Source of the DNA: Gammaproteobacteria bacterium
GTDB lineage: Bacteria > Pseudomonadota > Gammaproteobacteria > Eutrophobiales > Eutrophobiaceae
Assembly (NCBI GenBank): GCA_963422205.2
Contig: CAXMWX010000005.1
Coordinates: 128,001-192,000, forward strand
Direction of reading: 5' to 3'
Length of the DNA stretch: 64,000 bases
In this document: positions 58,622-64,000 of the stretch, one piece after another
How the letters are laid out: every line of letters starts with the position of its first letter
Numbering within the stretch: the stretch's first letter is position 1
The notes under the pieces: model-generated
Database searches by the model: none
The model's input: only the letters and a program-made list of their open reading frames with translations
What the model was told of the DNA's origin: nothing
Position numbers and translations under genes: made by a program

Positions 58622-59242
58622 TTATTTGGAATACAGTTCAACAACTAGCTGCTCGTTTATCTCGGCGGGCAATTCGGCTCGCTCCGGCACAGCCTTAAAA
58701 ACACCTTCCATTTTTTTGGTATTCACGTCCACCCATTCAGGAAAACCCACCTGCTCGGCAACATTCAAGGCATCGGCAATGCGTAATTGCTTTTTACTCT
58801 TTTCTCTTATCTGTATTTTATCTGCTGGCTGCACCTGATAGGAGGGGATATTCACCGGCCTGTCATTGACCAAAACCGCTTTATGGCTGACCAACTGGCG
58901 CGCTTCATTGCGGGTACTGCCAAACCCCATACGATAAACAACATTGTCCAAACGCCCTTCCAGCAGTTGTAACAGGTTCTCACCGGTCGAGCCTTTCGCC
59001 CTGGCCGCCTCTTTGTAGTAACGCCGAAACTGCTTTTCCAGAATGCCATAGATGCGCCGCAGTTTTTGTTTTTCACGCAACTGTACGGCATAATCAGACA
59101 TCCGCTTGGGCCTTGTGCCCTGCTCACCGGGGGCCTTGTCTATCTGGCATTTTGATTCGATAGAGCGGGCACGGCTTTTCAGGAACAAATCAGTCCCCTC
59201 GCGCCGGCTCAGTTTGCATTTCGGGCCCAGGTAACGTGCCAT
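58622..59242 (-). CDS. rpsD: 30S ribosomal protein S4
   Basis: [16 protein letters not shown]...VELYSK; start at 59242. Confidence 0.99.
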   Translation of the reverse strand: MARYLGPKCKLSRREGTDLFLKSRARSIESKCQIDKAPGEQGTRPKRMSDYAVQLREKQKLRRIYGILEKQFRRYYKEAARAKGSTGENLLQLLEGRLDNVVYRMGFGSTRNEARQLVSHKAVLVNDRPVNIPSYQVQPADKIQIREKSKKQLRIADALNVAEQVGFPEWVDVNTKKMEGVFKAVPERAELPAEINEQLVVELYSK

Positions 59243-59255
59243 GGTTAATCTCCAG

Positions 59256-59642
59256 TCAGACTCGGCGTTTCTTCGGTGGACGGCAACCATTATGCGGGAT
59301 GGGCGTCACATCCGTGATGTTAGTAATTTTATAACCAACGGCATTCAATGCCCGCACGGCGGACTCACGTCCCGGCCCGGGGCCTTTGATATTGACTTCC
59401 AGATTTTTCATGCCCACTTCCTGGGCAATCTCGCCCGCTTTTTGTGCGGCAATCTGGGCGGCAAACGGCGTACTTTTACGCGAGCCGCGAAAGCCGCTGC
59501 CGCCTGCTGTTGCCCAGGCCACCGTATTGCCCTGTCGGTCGGTGATGGTAATAATCGTATTATTAAAAGACGCATGGATGTGGGCGATGCCATCAACAAT
59601 CGTCTTTTTAACTTTTTTCTTGGTTCGGCGTTGTTTGACCAT
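59256..59642 (-). CDS. rpsK: 30S ribosomal protein S11
   Basis: [15 protein letters not shown] and [13 protein letters not shown] motifs. Confidence 0.99.
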   Translation of the reverse strand: MVKQRRTKKKVKKTIVDGIAHIHASFNNTIITITDRQGNTVAWATAGGSGFRGSRKSTPFAAQIAAQKAGEIAQEVGMKNLEVNIKGPGPGRESAVRALNAVGYKITNITDVTPIPHNGCRPPKKRRV

Positions 59643-59657
59643 CGTCATTCCCTCGGC

Positions 59658-60014
59658 TTATTTTTTGATAGGCCGTCTTGGGCCTTTACGTGTTCTGGCA
59701 TTGGTTCGTGTCCGCTGGCCTCTGAGCGGCAGGCCGCGACGATGACGAATACCCCGGTAACTGCCCAGATCCCTGAGACGTTTGATATTCATGGAGACTT
59801 CACGACGCAAATCCCCTTCAACTTCATGGTTCGCAATTTCGGCACGCAGCCTGTCCAAATCACCTTCAGAGAGCTCCCTCACCCTGATCACAGGGCTAAT
59901 CCCGGTAACATCACAAATACTGTGTGCACGTCTTCTGCCGATCCCGTAGATATAGGTCAGCGCCACACTGATGTGTTTATTATCCGGTATATTAACGCCA
60001 GCAATTCGAGCCAT
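59658..60014 (-). CDS. rpsM: 30S ribosomal protein S13
   Basis: [10 protein letters not shown]...[15 protein letters not shown]. Confidence 0.99.
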   Translation of the reverse strand: MARIAGVNIPDNKHISVALTYIYGIGRRRAHSICDVTGISPVIRVRELSEGDLDRLRAEIANHEVEGDLRREVSMNIKRLRDLGSYRGIRHRRGLPLRGQRTRTNARTRKGPRRPIKK

Positions 60015-60032
60015 GAACAATCTCCTTACGCG

Positions 60033-60146
60033 CTAACCCTGGCGCTGTTTATGACGAGGATCACGGCATATCACCCGCACACTGCCTCTACGGCGGATGA
60101 TCCGGCAATCCCGACAAATTCGCTTTACTGATGCTCTTACTTTCAT
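60033..60146 (-). CDS. rpmJ: 50S ribosomal protein L36 (Zn-ribbon form)
   Basis: Not in the ORF track; translated by hand as [37 protein letters not shown]. Confidence 0.97.
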   Translation of the reverse strand: MKVRASVKRICRDCRIIRRRGSVRVICRDPRHKQRQG

Positions 60147-60168
60147 AACGACTCCTAACAATATGCGG

Positions 60169-61512
60169 CTATCTTCGGCCATGACTTTTAAGGTTGGCTT
60201 TTTTCAGCACGCCCTCATATTGATGCGACATCAGATGCGCCTGTATCTGTGCCATAAAATCCATCACCACCACAACAATGATCAACAACGATGTGCCGCC
60301 AAAATAAAACGGCACATTAAATTTCAAGATCAAAAACTCCGGCAGCAGGCAGATGGCGGTAATATAGATCGAGCCCACCAGCGTCAAGCGCGTCAACACG
60401 GAATCAAAATAGCGTGCGGTTTGCTCGCCCGGGCGCATACCCGGAACAAAGGCCCCGGATTTTTTCAGGTTATCTGCCGTCTCGCGCGGATCAAACACGA
60501 TTGCAGTGTAGAAAAAACAGAAAAACATGATCCCGGCGGCGTACAGGCCCACATAGAGCAACTGCCCGGGTTGCAATAATGTCGATAATTCCTGCAACCA
60601 GCGCATGTCCCTGGCCTGCCCTGCCCAGTTAGCCAGCGTGCCGGGAAAGAGGATCAGGCTGGAGGCAAAAATCGGCGGAATCACGCCGGCCATGTTCAGT
60701 TTTAATGGCAAATGACTGGACTGACCCGCATAGAGTTTACGCCCCATCTGGCGCTTGGCATAGTTGACCGTGATGCGGCGCTGACCCCGCTCAATAAAAA
60801 TAACAAACGCCGTCACGGCGATGGCCAACACAAAGAATACCAGAACTAACAGGGGACTCAGCGCCCCTTCCTTGGTCAACTCCAGCGTACCGCCGATCGC
60901 ACTCGGCAGGCCAGCGACAATACCTGCAAATATCAACAGGGAAATCCCGTTACCTACACCGCGCTCGGTTATCTGCTCACCCAGCCACATCAAAAACATG
61001 GTGCCGGTGACCAGGGTCGTCACCGCCGTGATACGAAACCCCAGGCCCGGATCCATGACCACAGTGGTACCGGCGGCCTGCTGTGCCTCCAGGGCCAGCG
61101 AGACACCCACCGCCTGGAAAGTCGCCAGCAACACCGTGCCGTAGCGGGTATATTGCGTGATCTTGCGCTTGCCCGCCTCGCCTTCCTTGCGTAGCTGTTT
61201 CAAACGTGGCTCAACAAAAGAGAGTAACTGCATAATGATCGATGCGGATATATACGGCATGATGCCCAGCGCAACGACTGAAAAACGCTCCAGCGCACCG
61301 CCGGAAAACACATTGAACAAGTCAATGATCGTGCCGCTTTGCTGCTCAAATAATGCGGCCAGTGCGGTCGGATTAATCCCCGGCACGGGTATATAGGTGC
61401 AAATACGATAGATAAACAGCGCAAACAACACGAATAACAGCCGTTGTCGCAGCTCTTTTAATTGCACCAGGCCACCCAAGCCGCCTGGAATTGCCGGGTT
61501 CGTTGCTGCCAT
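60169..61512 (-). CDS. secY: Preprotein translocase SecY
   Basis: [30 protein letters not shown] and FGGTSLLI motifs. Confidence 0.99.
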   Translation of the reverse strand: MAATNPAIPGGLGGLVQLKELRQRLLFVLFALFIYRICTYIPVPGINPTALAALFEQQSGTIIDLFNVFSGGALERFSVVALGIMPYISASIIMQLLSFVEPRLKQLRKEGEAGKRKITQYTRYGTVLLATFQAVGVSLALEAQQAAGTTVVMDPGLGFRITAVTTLVTGTMFLMWLGEQITERGVGNGISLLIFAGIVAGLPSAIGGTLELTKEGALSPLLVLVFFVLAIAVTAFVIFIERGQRRITVNYAKRQMGRKLYAGQSSHLPLKLNMAGVIPPIFASSLILFPGTLANWAGQARDMRWLQELSTLLQPGQLLYVGLYAAGIMFFCFFYTAIVFDPRETADNLKKSGAFVPGMRPGEQTARYFDSVLTRLTLVGSIYITAICLLPEFLILKFNVPFYFGGTSLLIIVVVVMDFMAQIQAHLMSHQYEGVLKKANLKSHGRR

Positions 61513-61513
61513 G

Positions 61514-61948
61514 TTACTCCTCTACGCTGCCACCAGCCGCCTCAATCGCAAGGCGTGCGCCTTTGCTTGCCCGGATCCCTTTTAAGATGATCGCTTTATT
61601 AATCTCACCGGTGGCGATCACCTTGGCACGTTTAATGTTTCTTGCGATCAGATTAGCCGCCCGCAAGGCATTGATATCGATCACCTTGACATCCAGCTTG
61701 TCTAACTGGCTTAGACGAATCTCGGCGGTAATACGAGCCAGATGGGAATTAAAACCGGTCTTCGGCAGGCGTCTTTGCAAGGGCATCTGCCCGCCTTCAA
61801 ACCCCACTTTGTGATACCCGCCGGAGCGTGACTTCTGGCCCTTGTGACCACGCCCGGCGGTCTTTCCCTGGCCAGAACCCGTACCGCGACCAACCCGTTT
61901 GCCCCTGGTTTTTGCACCCGCTGCGGGTTTCATTGAGTTAAGCTGCAT
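61514..61948 (-). CDS. rplO: 50S ribosomal protein L15
   Basis: [26 protein letters not shown]. Confidence 0.99.
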   Translation of the reverse strand: MQLNSMKPAAGAKTRGKRVGRGTGSGQGKTAGRGHKGQKSRSGGYHKVGFEGGQMPLQRRLPKTGFNSHLARITAEIRLSQLDKLDVKVIDINALRAANLIARNIKRAKVIATGEINKAIILKGIRASKGARLAIEAAGGSVEE

Positions 61949-61949
61949 G

Positions 61950-62141
61950 TCAGGCTTCCTCTACTGCCAATAGATAAGAAACTTTATTTATCATGCCCCG
62001 TATGGCGGGGGTGTCTTCTACGGTCACGGTATGACCAATACGGCGCAAGCCAAGGCCAGCGACACAGGCCTTGTGTGCGGCAATCCGGCGATTCGTACTT
62101 CTCTTCAAGGTGATGCGTATCTTCTTGTCGCTGGGGGTCAT
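61950..62141 (-). CDS. rpmD: 50S ribosomal protein L30
   Basis: [23 protein letters not shown]. Confidence 0.97.
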   Translation of the reverse strand: MTPSDKKIRITLKRSTNRRIAAHKACVAGLGLRRIGHTVTVEDTPAIRGMINKVSYLLAVEEA

Positions 62142-62146
62142 GTCGA

Positions 62147-62653
62147 TTAACCGGTAATGTCCTCAATACGCTTGCCGCGCTTGGCGGCGATATAGTCGGG
62201 CGAGACCATCGATTCCAGACCTTTCACTGTCGCCCTGACCACATTCACCGGGTTAGTCGAACCGATGGATTTGGCCAGCACATTATGAATGCCGACACAC
62301 TCAAACACGGCACGCATGGCACCGCCAGCGATGATACCGGTGCCTTCCGATGCCGGCTGCATGTAGACTTTTGCCGCCCCGTGGGTGGCGGTGATCGGGT
62401 ATTGCAGGGTGGCTTCGCTTAATGGCACTGAAATCATATTGCGGCGCGCCCTCTCCATTGCTTTTTGAATGGCAACCGGTACTTCCCGCGCCTTGCCGCG
62501 ACCAAAACCAACACGACCATTCCCATCACCGACCACCGTCAATGCAGTAAACCCAAAGATACGGCCGCCTTTCACGACCTTGGCAACCCGGTTTACCGCC
62601 ACCAGTTTCTCCAGGAATTCGTCGTTACCTGTAATGGATTCTGTCACTGCCAT
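62147..62653 (-). CDS. rpsE: 30S ribosomal protein S5
   Basis: [12 protein letters not shown] and GTGIIAGG motifs. Confidence 0.99.
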   Translation of the reverse strand: MAVTESITGNDEFLEKLVAVNRVAKVVKGGRIFGFTALTVVGDGNGRVGFGRGKAREVPVAIQKAMERARRNMISVPLSEATLQYPITATHGAAKVYMQPASEGTGIIAGGAMRAVFECVGIHNVLAKSIGSTNPVNVVRATVKGLESMVSPDYIAAKRGKRIEDITG

Positions 62654-62662
62654 TTCTTGCTC

Positions 62663-63016
62663 CTAAAACTGCATGCCCTGTTCCCGGGCAGCCTCGGCCA
62701 ATGCCTTTACCCGACCATGATACTTAAACCCTGAACGATCAAACGCCACCCGGGTCACGCCGGTTTTTTTTGCCCGCTCGGCGATCGCCCTGCCAACGAT
62801 AACAGCGGCATCGGTGTTACCGCTGTAGTTTATCTGGCTACGCAACTCCTTATCCAGAGAAGAGGCGCTGGCGAGCACTTTTGCCCCCTGTGCATCCAGC
62901 ACCTGTGCATAGATATGGCGCGGTGTACGATAGACACACAAACGTGATTCACCCCGCCGTTTTATATGTGTACGTGCCCGGCGGGCGCGTCTTAATCTTG
63001 CGGATTTCTTGTTCAT
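62663..63016 (-). CDS. rplR: 50S ribosomal protein L18
   Basis: [21 protein letters not shown]. Confidence 0.99.
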   Translation of the reverse strand: MNKKSARLRRARRARTHIKRRGESRLCVYRTPRHIYAQVLDAQGAKVLASASSLDKELRSQINYSGNTDAAVIVGRAIAERAKKTGVTRVAFDRSGFKYHGRVKALAEAAREQGMQF

Positions 63017-63027
63017 GGCATCTGCCT

Positions 63028-63561
63028 TTATGCCTTCTTGGCCTCTTTACGGATAATCTGCTCATCAGCATAACGTACACCTTTGCCTTTATATGGCTCA
63101 GGCGGCCTGTACGCCCGGATATTGGCGGCCACCTGATGCACCTGTTGTTTGTCTGCCCCCTTGATGATGATGTCAGTCTGGCTTGGGGTCTCAATAACCA
63201 CGCCTTCAGGCACCGGAAAATCCACCGGATGCGAAAAGCCCAAACTAAGACTGACGCTGCTCGCCTGGGCCTGGGCACGATAACCGACACCGATAATTTC
63301 CAGCGTGATCTGAAAACCCTCAGTCACACCCGTGACCATGTTCTGCACTATCGCCCGGGTAGTACCAGCTAAGGCCCTGGCTGACTTGGACTTGTCTTTT
63401 GCTGAGACCTGTAATTGCCTGTCCGTCTTGTTCACCTCAACCAGGGCATGCAACTGATGCTGTAACTCACCGTTGCCGCCTTTCACCTTCAAGACAGCAC
63501 CCGCTATATTCACATCCACCCCTTCAGGGATCTGCACAGGATGATTCGCTATTCGTGACAT
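63028..63561 (-). CDS. rplF: 50S ribosomal protein L6
   Basis: MSRIA...[11 protein letters not shown]. Confidence 0.99.
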   Translation of the reverse strand: MSRIANHPVQIPEGVDVNIAGAVLKVKGGNGELQHQLHALVEVNKTDRQLQVSAKDKSKSARALAGTTRAIVQNMVTGVTEGFQITLEIIGVGYRAQAQASSVSLSLGFSHPVDFPVPEGVVIETPSQTDIIIKGADKQQVHQVAANIRAYRPPEPYKGKGVRYADEQIIRKEAKKA

Positions 63562-63570
63562 GATCGGCCT

Positions 63571-63978
63571 TCACGCAACAATACAGATAATCTCGCCACC
63601 AACGCCCTGCTGGCGCGCATGGCGATCAGTCATCATGCCTTTGGAAGTGGAGACAATGGCAACGCCCAAACCACCCTGCACTGCCGGCAGGGAGCCGACT
63701 GGGCGATACTGCCGGAGGCCAGGGCGGCTGATTCGCTTCAACAGGGCGATCACCGGCTTGCCTTCAAAATATTTCAACTCAATAGTCAGTTCGGGTTTCA
63801 TTATCTGCTGATGGGCATGTTGCCGAATCTCAAAGTCGGTGATATATCCTTCTTCTTTTAAGATGGAAGCAACCGCCACCTTCTGCTTTGAAGCCGGCAT
63901 GGTGACCTGGCGTTTTGCCCGTTGCTGGCCGTTACGGATACGGGTCAACATATCCGACAGTTGATCTTGTAAACTCAT
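63571..63978 (-). CDS. rpsH: 30S ribosomal protein S8
   Basis: [29 protein letters not shown] motifs. Confidence 0.99.
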   Translation of the reverse strand: MSLQDQLSDMLTRIRNGQQRAKRQVTMPASKQKVAVASILKEEGYITDFEIRQHAHQQIMKPELTIELKYFEGKPVIALLKRISRPGLRQYRPVGSLPAVQGGLGVAIVSTSKGMMTDRHARQQGVGGEIICIVA

Positions 63979-64000
63979 AGGCTTGCTCTTCTCATTAACT

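Noticed and set aside
59241-60131. Long antisense ORFs (296 aa here; also 29976-30761, 37045-37830, 44367-45014)
   Set aside because: They lie opposite well-conserved genes and are expected from codon bias in GC-rich DNA.
57151-63978. Ribosomal spc/alpha operon region
   Set aside because: Standard gene order and sequences; nothing unusual beyond a few extra residues in S8.

Overview
This is a gammaproteobacterial-type chromosomal window (inferred from the ribosomal proteins) with three parts. (1) 1-4925 is a decaying, partly AT-richer defence-like island. It holds the end of a sulfotransferase-like gene, a PcfJ-like gene behind a CGAC-N7-GTCG palindrome, and a doubly broken WYL regulator whose last 27 codons occur twice. 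Each copy of that tail is followed by nuclease cargo: a GIY-YIG gene with an attC-like site, and a PD-(D/E)XK gene. (2) About 4950-56750 is a ~52 kb aromatic amine / aromatic amino acid catabolic supercluster. It has two paralogous TTQ amine dehydrogenases, each behind its own TonB-dependent receptor, one of them linked to two amide hydrolases. It also has mauED, mauMN, an aromatic amino acid decarboxylase, an aldehyde:ferredoxin oxidoreductase, a homoprotocatechuate-type meta pathway with a LigAB-type dioxygenase, the full homogentisate pathway, a fused indolepyruvate oxidoreductase and several regulators with visible operators. An orphan secreted (CX3CX6)3CX3C peptide gene sits here behind a switch-like structured leader. 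(3) 57151-63978 is the ordinary spc/alpha ribosomal operon region (rpsH to rplQ). All product calls come from motifs recognised by eye; no searches were run.
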